Notes under the pieces: model-generated
Seen by the model: only the letters and a program-made list of their open reading frames with translations
Told to the model about the DNA's origin: nothing
Database searches by the model: none
Assembly (NCBI GenBank): GCA_964416745.1
Contig: CAYQEV010000003.1
Location: forward strand, 1 to 56,820
From: an uncultured Woeseia sp.
GTDB lineage: Bacteria > Pseudomonadota > Gammaproteobacteria > Steroidobacterales > UBA11654
Length of the DNA: 56,820 nucleotides
Direction: 5' to 3'
Part shown: piece by piece, positions 28,986 to 38,133 of the stretch
How the letters are laid out: every line of letters starts with the position of its first letter
How positions within the stretch are numbered: position 1 is the first letter of the stretch
Made by a program: the position numbers and the translations under genes

Positions 28986-29222
28986 TTATACTTTTTCCCC
29001 AAAATCTTTCAAATTATCAAGAACATGGTCTATTCCTAATTTATCGATAGTTCTTAACCCTTTTTTAGAAAGACGTAGCTTAACGTATTTGTTTTGACTT
29101 TCAACCCAAATACGATGTGAGTGTAAATTTGGGAAGAATTTTCGCCGCGTTCTATTGTTTGCATGCGAAACATTGTTCCCGCTTTTAGTTCTTTTTCCAG
29201 TTACTTCACAGACTTTTGCCAT
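28986..29222 (-). CDS. rpmB: 50S ribosomal protein L28
   Basis: The track ORF (to 29303) is over-extended. The ATG at 29222 gives [29 protein letters not shown].., 78 aa, the canonical L28 N-terminus and length. Confidence 0.93.
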   Translation of the reverse strand: MAKVCEVTGKRTKSGNNVSHANNRTRRKFFPNLHSHRIWVESQNKYVKLRLSKKGLRTIDKLGIDHVLDNLKDFGEKV

Positions 29223-29386
29223 TTCTTTCGTTTTTATCGTTAACCTGTATATATTTTTTGTATTTAGGTCGGCTGTTATACCAATAGCTACATAACATAG
29301 CAAGAATTTATGAGAAAAAAGTAATCACCCAGTCTGGTGACCTGAAGATAAAAGAATTAAACTAACCTTGTAACTCTTTTTATATT

Positions 29387-29839
29387 ATGAAAAAAACCAT
29401 AGATCTTAAAATTATTGATCCACGTATTGGCAAGGATTTTGATTTACCTGAATATCAAACTGATGGCTCAGCTGGAGTTGACCTTCAAGCATGTATTGAT
29501 CAAACAGTTTCCATAAAACCAGGGGACACTGAGCTAATCCCTAGTGGGATTGCGATACATATTAAAGACCCTAATCTAGCAGCTGTGCTGTTACCCAGAT
29601 CTGGATTAGGCCATAAAAAAGGTTTAGTGCTTGGTAATTTGGTTGGTTTAATTGACTCTGATTATCAAGGCCAAGTTTTTATTTCTTGTTGGAACAGAGG
29701 GTCAAATCAGATTGATATTGAGCCTGGGATGAGGATAGCACAAATGGTCTTTTTACCAGTCGAGCAAGTTGATTTTAATGTGGTGGTGGATTTTGATGAA
29801 TCAGAAAGAGGCTCAGGTGGTTTTGGGCACACAGGCTAG
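29387..29839 (+). CDS. dut: dUTP diphosphatase
   Basis: 150 aa. Trimeric dUTPase motifs [25 protein letters not shown]-terminal [10 protein letters not shown]. Confidence 0.95.
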   Translation: MKKTIDLKIIDPRIGKDFDLPEYQTDGSAGVDLQACIDQTVSIKPGDTELIPSGIAIHIKDPNLAAVLLPRSGLGHKKGLVLGNLVGLIDSDYQGQVFISCWNRGSNQIDIEPGMRIAQMVFLPVEQVDFNVVVDFDESERGSGGFGHTG

Positions 29840-29841
29840 TC

Positions 29842-30486
29842 TTATACTCCGTATTCTTCTCTATACTTTTTAATTTGATCCATGTGCTGACCATAATCAG
29901 AGGAATTGTTTTCTATATAATCAATAACTTCATCCAGATTTACTATTGATATAACCGGGATATTAAGAGAATTGCTTATTTCCTCTGCTGCTGACAGATC
30001 CCCAATTCCTTTTTCTTGTCTATCAAGTGATATCACTATACCTGTTGTGGTTGCACCAGAATTATTGATAATATCAACAGCCTCTCTTATTGCTGTACCG
30101 GCTGTTATAACGTCATCCACAATAACCACATTGCCTCCTAATTCTTCTCCAACAGTAACCCCACCTTCTCCGTGGTCCTTAATCTCCTTTCTGTTGTAAA
30201 CAAATGGTTTATCCAGTTGATAAGATGTTGAGAGCGAAGAAGCAAGAGCGGTAACTATTGGTATACCTTTATAGGCTGGCCCGAAAACCATGTCATAATT
30301 TATATTGCTATTAATGAGGGCCGCTGCATAAAAATCACCTATGTTTTTTATTAAGGGTCCTGAGCTGAAAAGACCCATATTAAAGAAATAAGGGCTAATT
30401 CTTCCTGATTTAAGTTGAAATTCTCCAAACTTCAGTGCACCTATCTCTAGCGATAAGCTGATAAATTTCTGTTTGTAATTTTCCAT
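29842..30486 (-). CDS. pyrE: Orotate phosphoribosyltransferase
   Basis: 214 aa. FGEFQLKSGRISPYFFN and PRPP-binding loop VVIVDDVITAGTAIRE. Its stop is 2 nt from the dut stop. Confidence 0.94.
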   Translation of the reverse strand: MENYKQKFISLSLEIGALKFGEFQLKSGRISPYFFNMGLFSSGPLIKNIGDFYAAALINSNINYDMVFGPAYKGIPIVTALASSLSTSYQLDKPFVYNRKEIKDHGEGGVTVGEELGGNVVIVDDVITAGTAIREAVDIINNSGATTTGIVISLDRQEKGIGDLSAAEEISNSLNIPVISIVNLDEVIDYIENNSSDYGQHMDQIKKYREEYGV

Positions 30487-30571
30487 ACAATATACACTTA
30501 GATCGACATGATATGTCTAGCATCTCACAGAATGAAATGATTATGAAGGTATAGCTTAAAGGAGGGATCTA

Positions 30572-31336
30572 ATTAAGGTAATCACACTAAATGTTAACGG
30601 GATTCGTGCAGCTCAAAAAAAAGGGTTGTTTGAATGGTTAAAAAAAGAAAACGCCGACTTTGTATGCTTACAAGAAGTCAGGGCACAGTTGGACGACATT
30701 AAAAGTGAAATATTTTGGCCAAATAATTATCACTGTTACCATCATGTTGCTATTAAAAAAGGCTATAGCGGGGTAGCTATTTTCACCAAACTAAAACCTA
30801 ATAATGTTATTGAAGGCCTTGGTCAAGAGGAGTTTGATGCTGAGGGTCGTTATATTGAGTGTGAGTTTGATGATTTTTCTCTTGCATCAGCTTATTTCCC
30901 GTCCGGCTCTTCTGGAGATCAAAGACAGGAGCTAAAATACAGATTCCTAGATACCTTTGAAGATAAAATTAAAGCTCAGAACTTGAATAATAAAGGGTAC
31001 TTATTTTGTGGTGATATCAACATTGTCCATCAAGAAATAGATATAACTAATTGGAAAGCAAACCAGAAGAATTCAGGGTGTTTACCACAAGAGCGAGCCT
31101 GGTTAGATATGATTTTTAATGAACTGAAGTGTGTTGATGTTTTTAGACAAATTAATCAAGAGAGACAGCAATACACATGGTGGTCTAATAGAGGTAAAGC
31201 ATGGGCTAATAATGTTGGGTGGAGAATTGATTATCAGATTTGTAATAGTAATTTTAAACGCCAAGCATTACAGGTCTCAATATATAAAGACGAGCGATTC
31301 TCAGATCACGCACCTTTGATTATGACCTATGACTAA
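30572..31336 (+). CDS. xthA: Exodeoxyribonuclease III; probable ATT (or otherwise non-canonical) start
   Basis: The track ORF starts at TTG 30626 (MFEWLKKENADFVCLQEV..). The same frame is open upstream back to TAA 30557-30559 and encodes IKVITLNVNGIRAAQKKG, the conserved ExoIII N-terminal NxNG motif. AGGAGG at 30560-30565 sits 6 nt before ATT 30572. There is no ATG, GTG or TTG in that stretch. C-terminal SDHAP motif present. Confidence 0.85.
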   Translation: MKVITLNVNGIRAAQKKGLFEWLKKENADFVCLQEVRAQLDDIKSEIFWPNNYHCYHHVAIKKGYSGVAIFTKLKPNNVIEGLGQEEFDAEGRYIECEFDDFSLASAYFPSGSSGDQRQELKYRFLDTFEDKIKAQNLNNKGYLFCGDINIVHQEIDITNWKANQKNSGCLPQERAWLDMIFNELKCVDVFRQINQERQQYTWWSNRGKAWANNVGWRIDYQICNSNFKRQALQVSIYKDERFSDHAPLIMTYD

Positions 31337-32603
31337 TTTGAGCACACAAATGAACGAAAAGGGTCTTGGTATTTATACCAGCTCTGAGTCCATTCGTATG
31401 ATATTTTTAGGGTTTTCAGCGGGACTGCCGCACCCTCTTCTGTTTGCAACCTTAACTGTTTGGTTGGCTACACTTGATGTTAGTATTTCAGAGATCAGTA
31501 TGTTCGGGTGGGTGGGTATTATTTATGCCATTAAATTTCTTTGGGCACCCATGTTGGATAATCTCTCTATCCCATTTTTAACTAAAGCGTTGGGCCAGCG
31601 AAGGTCTTGGATATTGATCATGCAGCTAATTATCTTGATGGGTTTTATATGGATGTCGTTTGTCGACCCAACTAAAAACCTTGTTTTGCTTGTTTACCTT
31701 TCAATATTAATTGCCTTTGCTTCCGCATCACAAGATGTTGCTATTGATGCTTACCGAATCGAAATTATTGAAAACAAATACCAAGCAGCAATGGCAGCTA
31801 GTTATCAGTTAGGCTATAGAATCTCTGCATTGACTTCAGGTGCGGGAGCACTGTATTTGGCAGGGTTTTATTCATGGCAAGCTACTTACCAGATAATGGC
31901 AGGTTTCATGTTTGTTGGAATAGTTACTGTCCTGATTATTGCTGAGTCTCCTAAAACTGAGCCCATAATTGAAAAAACTCACTGGTTTAAGTCGTCTGTT
32001 ATAGAGCCTTTTTTTGAGTTTTTTAAAAGAAGCGGCTTCTGGTCAATTATTTTAATCACCTATATAGCTATATATCGAGTCAGTGACTTAATTCTAGGCA
32101 TTGTTGCCAATCCTTTTTATATTGATATTGGTTTTAATCTAAATGAGATAGCAACGGTGACCAAAGTTTTTGGTTTTGCAGTTACTATTGTCGGAGCTTT
32201 TGTAGGTGGCATTTCAGTTGCTCGCTATGGTATACCTAGACCGCTTATTCTCAGTAGTGTTTTGCTAGCAGGGACAAATCTATTTTTTTTATTGCTTAAT
32301 AATATCGGACCCGATTTATCAGTATTGGTGTTGACCATCAGTGCAGATAATTTTGCATTAGGGTTTTCAGGATCTGTTTTTATAGCTTTTTTATCTAGTT
32401 TGACTAATCGATACTACACGGCATCTCAATACGCTCTGTTTACATCTATTATGTTTCTGCCGGGAATCATCTTGAGTGGTTTTTCAGGTCAAATAATTGA
32501 TGCGATGGGTTGGACAAAGTTTTTTCTCTTTGCTGCCTCAATGGGTATACCATCAATCTTGTTTTCCTTAGTGATTGTCAAAAAGGGTTGGCAGGAACAG
32601 TAA
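31329..32603 (+). CDS. ampG: AmpG-family MFS permease (muropeptide transporter-like)
   Basis: 424 aa, ~12 TM. AmpG-type N-terminal region ..LGFSAGLP..L..TLTVWLA...GIIYAIKFLWAPMLD. Overlaps xthA by 8 nt. Confidence 0.8.
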   Translation: MTNLSTQMNEKGLGIYTSSESIRMIFLGFSAGLPHPLLFATLTVWLATLDVSISEISMFGWVGIIYAIKFLWAPMLDNLSIPFLTKALGQRRSWILIMQLIILMGFIWMSFVDPTKNLVLLVYLSILIAFASASQDVAIDAYRIEIIENKYQAAMAASYQLGYRISALTSGAGALYLAGFYSWQATYQIMAGFMFVGIVTVLIIAESPKTEPIIEKTHWFKSSVIEPFFEFFKRSGFWSIILITYIAIYRVSDLILGIVANPFYIDIGFNLNEIATVTKVFGFAVTIVGAFVGGISVARYGIPRPLILSSVLLAGTNLFFLLLNNIGPDLSVLVLTISADNFALGFSGSVFIAFLSSLTNRYYTASQYALFTSIMFLPGIILSGFSGQIIDAMGWTKFFLFAASMGIPSILFSLVIVKKGWQEQ

Positions 32604-32667
32604 CCATTAACGAACGAGTTGCTTAAGGTTATTACAAGAATAGGGTTTAAAAAAAAAGAGGTACTCA

Positions 32668-34017
32668 GTGATTAACAAACCATTACCTAAAGATATATTA
32701 AGGTTCCTTGTACCATCAATTTTTGGCGTGATAATTTTTTTAATCCCTGTTTTTTTTGATGGAAAGCCAACAATAGTTTATGGGATTATATTTGATATTT
32801 TGAGGGACGCGACCCAAGACTATCTCCCTGCTATAGTAACTGGGCTTTTGTTGATATCAGGGCTGTGTTCAACTTACTTCAGTTTATTTAGAAAAAACAA
32901 TCAAACAAAATCAATAAACCGAATAGAACAAATATTTACCACCCAGATTTCTTGGCTAACTATAAGGATACTGGGCGCAATTTTTGCTTGCCTAGTCTTT
33001 TTTAATGTAGGTCCTGAATGGATAATCAGCCCTTTAACAGGGGGAACAGTCCTTTTTGAGTTAGCTAGCTCCTTAGTTATATTCTTTTTGGTTGCATGTC
33101 TTTTGCTCCCGTTTCTTATTGATTTTGGTGCGGCTGAATTTATGGGAACCTTGTTAAAAAAACCATTTTTACTGGCTTTTCGTCTTCCTGGTAGAGCCAG
33201 TATTGACTCTTTGGCATCTTGGTTGGGAAGTGGTTCTGTTGGGGTCTTGATTACCATACAACAACATGAAAGAGGTAACTATAGCGGAAGAGAAGCAGCG
33301 ATAATTACGACTAATTTTTCTATTGCCTCGATAGCTTTTTGCGTATTGGTGACAAAAGTAATTGAAATTGACCATATGTTTTTTGAGTTTTATTTTTCAG
33401 TTTTATTCTCTGGAATGGTTGCTGCATTAATTATTCCTAGACTTTGGCCACTTAAAGGAAAAAAAGATTTTTATTTATCCAAACAAGATGATTTCTTAGA
33501 TACACCCCAAGAAGGAAAAGGAATCTTTAGTTGGGCACTTATTCAAGGTATTAATAAAGCAAAAACAGCACCAAAATTAAGATCGTTATTAAAAGACGCT
33601 TTAATTAACATCATGGATATATGGTTCTCACTTCTTCCATCTGTTGTAACCATAGGCACGATAGTTTTAGTGTTGGCAGAGTTTACTCCTGTCTTTTTAG
33701 TCATTACAAAACCACTTGTTCCTATCCTTGAGTTAATGCACATACCTGAAGCAAAAGCAGCTGCCCCTGCATTTCTGGTTGGTTTTGCTGACTTATATCT
33801 CCCTGCTGTAATTGGAAAAAGTATTGAGAGTGAAATGACTAGATTTATTATAGCTTGTGTTTCTATTACTCAAATAATATATATGACGGAGGTTGGAACA
33901 CTAATTATTAAATCAAAAATCCCTTTAGAAATTGGAGAATTATTCTTAATTTTCTTACTCAGAACCGTAATTACCTTGCCTATAATTACTGCTATTGCCC
34001 ATCTTATCTATCGTTAA
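32668..34017 (+). CDS. YjiH-like / nucleoside-recognition (Gate) domain inner-membrane protein
   Basis: 449 aa from GTG with RBS AAAGAGG. Polytopic. The segment FMGTLLKKPFLLAFRLPGRASIDSLASWLGSGSVGVLIT..GNYSGREAAIITTNFS resembles the YjiH family as I remember it. Confidence 0.6.
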   Translation: MINKPLPKDILRFLVPSIFGVIIFLIPVFFDGKPTIVYGIIFDILRDATQDYLPAIVTGLLLISGLCSTYFSLFRKNNQTKSINRIEQIFTTQISWLTIRILGAIFACLVFFNVGPEWIISPLTGGTVLFELASSLVIFFLVACLLLPFLIDFGAAEFMGTLLKKPFLLAFRLPGRASIDSLASWLGSGSVGVLITIQQHERGNYSGREAAIITTNFSIASIAFCVLVTKVIEIDHMFFEFYFSVLFSGMVAALIIPRLWPLKGKKDFYLSKQDDFLDTPQEGKGIFSWALIQGINKAKTAPKLRSLLKDALINIMDIWFSLLPSVVTIGTIVLVLAEFTPVFLVITKPLVPILELMHIPEAKAAAPAFLVGFADLYLPAVIGKSIESEMTRFIIACVSITQIIYMTEVGTLIIKSKIPLEIGELFLIFLLRTVITLPIITAIAHLIYR

Positions 34018-34069
34018 TAAATAGAAACTACTATATATTAGTAATTCTTGATTACTCTAGGAACTCCTA

Positions 34070-35296
34070 ATGAGACTTTTCATTGTATTTGCTTCAATCC
34101 TCTTATCTGTAAATATTGATGCTTCAGAGGTTAGTGATAGCAGGCCCCCAGGCGTCACAGGAGAAACATGGCAATTTGGACCCCTAAACAGATGGGCGTA
34201 TACACATATACGTGAAATACTGCCGACTAAAAACATTGCAAATAACCCCAGCTTTATACAACCAATACCTGGCATAGAAGAGGCCAAAAAAGATTTACAA
34301 ATTAATTTTGATGGCCAATCAGTTCTGTTATCTGAACTTATGAAGAGCCAATTTATTGATGGAATTCTAATAATAAAAAATGGTACAGCAATGGTGGAAC
34401 TTTATGGTGGAACGCTAAAGCCAAATCGGACCCATCTTATGTGGTCAGTTAGCAAAACAATTGCAGGACTTACGGCAGCTTCAGTAGAGGCCGATGGATT
34501 AATCAATCTTAGTAATACTGTTGGAGATTATGTGCCAGAGCTCACCAATAGTGGTTGGGGCGAGAACACTCTGAGAGAAATATTGGACATGCGTGATTCT
34601 TCTAACTGGGTTGAAGATTATGATTCTCCAGAAAGCACTGTTAGAAGGCAAGATTGTGCGGATGGATTGCTTACAGGGCCAATGTGTATTGACACTGCAG
34701 TGATAGGTAATTATAAATTCTTACCGGCTGTGGGAAAAGAGGCCTCAAGAAAAGGCAAGTTTGTTTATAAATCTGGCACCGCAGATGTAATGGCATGGGT
34801 TCTAGAAGCTGCTACCGGAAAAAGATATGCGGACCTAGTAAGTGAACGACTTTGGAAGCCTATTGGGGCTGAAAGCAATGCAGGTATTACAGTAGATGTA
34901 TCTGGTTTTACTCTCGCAAGTGGAGGCATGTTTGCTTCTCTTAGAGACACAGCTAAAATCGGACAACTAATTTTAAATAAAGGTCAAGCAGGAAAAACTC
35001 AAGTAGTGCCTGAGAATTGGATAAACGATATGACTGACCAACCAGGTGATAATTCAATAATGCCTTTAGGCAGTGAAAGTATTAATCCTTATTACCGTTC
35101 ATTTATTTGGGGCATAGGAGACGGAGAAGGGACGGTGCTGGCTAATGGGGTTCATGGACAGTTTGTTTATATTTCACCAAAAACAGGAGTTGTAATAACT
35201 ATATTTTCAACATGGCCCAATGCCGATGGAGGAGCTCCAGAGGTGGGCCTTGAGAACGCTATGGAGATTATTGAAGCTATAAAAAACTCCATTTAG
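34070..35296 (+). CDS. Secreted serine hydrolase, beta-lactamase/transpeptidase-like family
   Basis: 408 aa. Signal-like MRLFIVFASILLSVNIDA and SxxK motif in MWSVSKTIAG. Confidence 0.75.
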   Translation: MRLFIVFASILLSVNIDASEVSDSRPPGVTGETWQFGPLNRWAYTHIREILPTKNIANNPSFIQPIPGIEEAKKDLQINFDGQSVLLSELMKSQFIDGILIIKNGTAMVELYGGTLKPNRTHLMWSVSKTIAGLTAASVEADGLINLSNTVGDYVPELTNSGWGENTLREILDMRDSSNWVEDYDSPESTVRRQDCADGLLTGPMCIDTAVIGNYKFLPAVGKEASRKGKFVYKSGTADVMAWVLEAATGKRYADLVSERLWKPIGAESNAGITVDVSGFTLASGGMFASLRDTAKIGQLILNKGQAGKTQVVPENWINDMTDQPGDNSIMPLGSESINPYYRSFIWGIGDGEGTVLANGVHGQFVYISPKTGVVITIFSTWPNADGGAPEVGLENAMEIIEAIKNSI

Positions 35297-35318
35297 ATTA
35301 TCAAATATGCTCAATTAT

Positions 35319-36179
35319 CTATTGGCTATTAAAAATAAATGCGTGCTCTTTGATGTATTCTTCAAGAGATTTAGGTTGTTCACCCATTAATTCTTTATAG
35401 GTATCAGTTTTATCTTCAATGCCTCCTTCAACAATACCCTGAAAAAGATCAATGACCGAATCAAGATGCCACTGATTCGTTAAAAATTTAGATAGAATAT
35501 CTTTATAGGCAGCCATAGGCATATCAACATAATCAATGTTTCTTTGTAGAGCATTTGAAAATTTTTCAGCAACATCATGAAACGATAATATTTCCGGCCC
35601 AGTGATAGCATAGTTGTTGGATGCATGACCATCTTCCGAAAGAACCTTAGCAATGACTTTACCCACATCTCTGGTATCAATCATTCCGGTTTTTCCTTCA
35701 CCCATTGGAAGAAAAAATTTATCTTGTTCTTTTATGGTGGTTGCGGATGCAAGAAGGTTTTGCATATAAAAGTTTGGCTTAATCATCGTCCAATCTAGAC
35801 CTGATGCTTTTATATAATTTTCAGATTCTAAATGAAGTTTTGGGATTGGGCTTGTTGCATCAGGGGTAGCTTCAATTGAAGACACTTTCACAATATGTGC
35901 GACACCATTTTGTCGGGCGACATCTGTAATTTGTTTTTCTAAAGCTAACTGATTTTCTGAGTTTGGTAAGAGAACTAAAACTTTTTCCACGCCTGACATT
36001 GCATCAACTAATGATTGATTGTCCTCGACAGAACCAATAACAACTTCTGCACCCAAGGCTTTAAGCTCTTCTTCTTTCTCTGGGTTTCTTATTAGTGCCC
36101 TATAACTTTGCCCGAGATCATTAAGTGCTGTTGCTGTTGCAGAACCAGATTTTCCGGTCGCCCCTGTAATTAAAATCAT
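35319..36179 (-). CDS. NmrA-like / atypical SDR NAD(P)-binding protein
   Basis: 286 aa. N-terminal Rossmann MILITGATGKSGSA and NmrA-like length and layout. 5 nt downstream of the Rieske gene. Confidence 0.75.
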   Translation of the reverse strand: MILITGATGKSGSATATALNDLGQSYRALIRNPEKEEELKALGAEVVIGSVEDNQSLVDAMSGVEKVLVLLPNSENQLALEKQITDVARQNGVAHIVKVSSIEATPDATSPIPKLHLESENYIKASGLDWTMIKPNFYMQNLLASATTIKEQDKFFLPMGEGKTGMIDTRDVGKVIAKVLSEDGHASNNYAITGPEILSFHDVAEKFSNALQRNIDYVDMPMAAYKDILSKFLTNQWHLDSVIDLFQGIVEGGIEDKTDTYKELMGEQPKSLEEYIKEHAFIFNSQ

Positions 36180-36184
36180 TTCAG

Positions 36185-37201
36185 TTACTCCATATTTAAC
36201 TTGTGAATTATCAAATCATGAAAATAAGCAACCCCAGTTTCATACTTTGTGCTTAGAGGCCCAGAAGTATAAATTCCTGCCTGGAGGTTCTGTTGTATAT
36301 CTGGAATTAACTTCTGATCTTCTACACTGACTTCCAACTGATACTTTCCTTCTTTATTTTCGAAATCATCATACTCAATATCAGGCGATCTGAAAAGATT
36401 ATAAATAACTCTGCACCACTTGGGTTTAATTGGTTCAATCCTCTGGAAGACTATACCTCTTCCATAGGTATTAAAGATAAAATTAGGGAAATGCCAACCA
36501 AAGCTCCCAGGTTGACTGCTGCTAGCCTTTTCAGGGACATTATGAATACTGCACTCGTTTGTATTATTCAGTTCATATTCTTCCCAGACAACATCTTTAT
36601 TTAATTGTGGGTGGACATTTGGGATATGATAGCCTTCCTGATAGTTATCAACATAGGTTTTCCAGTTAGCGTGAACATCAAATTTGAGTTCATTGTGGAA
36701 AATAAAATCACTTTCATAATGATTATTGATAACTTGCTCAAATGGCCCCAACCACTCATCTAAAAACTTTGGCTGTTTATTGATGTTAATAAAAATAAGC
36801 CCGAACTTTTCCTGAACATGAATCGGAAAGAGTGAATGTATTTTGTGATCAAAGTCATCTGATCCAAAGAATTTAGAGGGGTTTGATAATTCACCTTTAA
36901 GGTTATATCTCCACCCATGATAGGGGCACACAATATGCTTACAGTTACCTGAAGACCTAAGCAAGACCTTAGAAGCTCTATGACGGCAAACATTATGGAA
37001 GCCTCTTAATTGATTGTTAGTGTCCCTAATAACAATGATTGGAAGGTGAATTACATCTGCCGTGATAAAGTCACCTCTGTTTTTTAGCTGGTCTGATCTA
37101 CCTATCCACAGCCATTCTTTTTTAAAGATATGCTCTATCTCTTCTGTAAATATTTTCTCATCATAATAGTGATGTGATTCAAGACTTTTCTTTCTAAACA
37201 T
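36185..37201 (-). CDS. Rieske [2Fe-2S] non-heme iron oxygenase alpha-subunit-like protein
   Basis: 338 aa. Rieske motif CRHRASKV..(17)..CPYHGWRY and a mononuclear-iron motif region DNYQEGYHIPNVHP. No reductase or ferredoxin gene is adjacent. Confidence 0.82.
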   Translation of the reverse strand: MFRKKSLESHHYYDEKIFTEEIEHIFKKEWLWIGRSDQLKNRGDFITADVIHLPIIVIRDTNNQLRGFHNVCRHRASKVLLRSSGNCKHIVCPYHGWRYNLKGELSNPSKFFGSDDFDHKIHSLFPIHVQEKFGLIFININKQPKFLDEWLGPFEQVINNHYESDFIFHNELKFDVHANWKTYVDNYQEGYHIPNVHPQLNKDVVWEEYELNNTNECSIHNVPEKASSSQPGSFGWHFPNFIFNTYGRGIVFQRIEPIKPKWCRVIYNLFRSPDIEYDDFENKEGKYQLEVSVEDQKLIPDIQQNLQAGIYTSGPLSTKYETGVAYFHDLIIHKLNME

Positions 37202-37277
37202 ATCCCCAATTTAAAGCATATTAAGATTAACGATCAATTATAATATTTCATATTAACTACAAAATAAGACGACGACC

Positions 37278-38030
37278 ATGAAATTAAAAAACAAAATAGC
37301 TCTTATAACAGGCTCTTCATCAGGCATAGGCCAAGGCATAGCAAAACTTTTTGCACAAGAAGGGGCAACGGTAGTGGTCAATTATCCTAGTGAAAAAGAG
37401 ACAGACAATGCTGATAGTACATTGGAGTTAATTACTAGTGATTCCCCTGATTCTATAACCCACATGGCCAATGTTTCTGTAGAAAATGAAGTTATTGAAA
37501 TGATTGACAGTATAAAAGATAGATTTGGAACTATTGATATCCTTGTTAATAATGCAGGGATAGCAACCAGCGCCCCTATTCATGAAATGACATCACAAAT
37601 GTGGAACGAATTACTATCCATACATTTGAGCGGAACGTTTATGTGCACAAGAGAGTGCCTCAAGATTATGTATAAAAATAATTATGGACGAATAATTAAC
37701 ACAGCATCCCAATTGGCTTATAAAGGAAGTGCAGGTTTTGCTCATTACACAGCAGCGAAAGGAGCAATAATATCTTTCACAAGATCATTGTCGTTAGAGA
37801 TTGGCAATAAGAATATTAGAGCTAATTGTGTTGCACCTGGCGCAACAGAGACAAGAATGCTAGCTGATGTTCCACAAGAAATACTAGATGGTATTAGACA
37901 AAGCATACCAAAAGGGAATATTGCTCATATTGATGAGATTACACCAGCATACTTATTTTTAGCTTCAGATGCTGGTAACCACTTTGTGGGTCAATGTATT
38001 AGTCCTAATGGTGGTGATGTATTTTTATAG
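37278..38030 (+). CDS. Classical short-chain dehydrogenase/reductase (FabG-like)
   Basis: 250 aa. TGSSSGIGQG, NNAG, catalytic YTAAK. Confidence 0.88.
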   Translation: MKLKNKIALITGSSSGIGQGIAKLFAQEGATVVVNYPSEKETDNADSTLELITSDSPDSITHMANVSVENEVIEMIDSIKDRFGTIDILVNNAGIATSAPIHEMTSQMWNELLSIHLSGTFMCTRECLKIMYKNNYGRIINTASQLAYKGSAGFAHYTAAKGAIISFTRSLSLEIGNKNIRANCVAPGATETRMLADVPQEILDGIRQSIPKGNIAHIDEITPAYLFLASDAGNHFVGQCISPNGGDVFL

Positions 38031-38039
38031 AACATAATA
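38027..38039. repeat. Outer direct repeat copy 1 (ATAGAACATAATA); contains the SDR stop codon TAG
   Basis: Read directly. Identical 13-mer at 39476-39488. Confidence 0.85.
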
Positions 38040-38119
38040 TTATACATAAATATATATATAGTATAAATTACTGATATATATGAAATAATACCTATATATA
38101 TATTAATATAGTAATTTAT

Positions 38120-38131
38120 AGTATGCTATAT
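38120..38131. repeat. Inner direct repeat copy 1 (AGTATGCTATAT), 2 nt before the integrase ATG
   Basis: Read directly. Identical 12-mer at 39412-39423. Confidence 0.85.
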
Positions 38132-38133
38132 AT

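Noticed and set aside
29223-29303. 27-codon N-terminal extension of rpmB
   Set aside because: L28 universally starts MAKVCxVTGK, and the 78-aa length from ATG 29222 matches E. coli L28.
34057-34287. 76-aa minus-strand ORF overlapping the start of the serine hydrolase gene
   Set aside because: It is antisense to a gene with a clear signal peptide and SxxK motif. It has no RBS or recognisable features.
38041-38133. TA-rich tracts (TATATATATA etc.) flanking the integrase, considered as a CRISPR array or microsatellite
   Set aside because: There is no regularly spaced repeat-spacer structure and no unit repeated more than a few times. It is simply AT-rich promoter or att-like DNA. The meaningful repeats there are reported separately.
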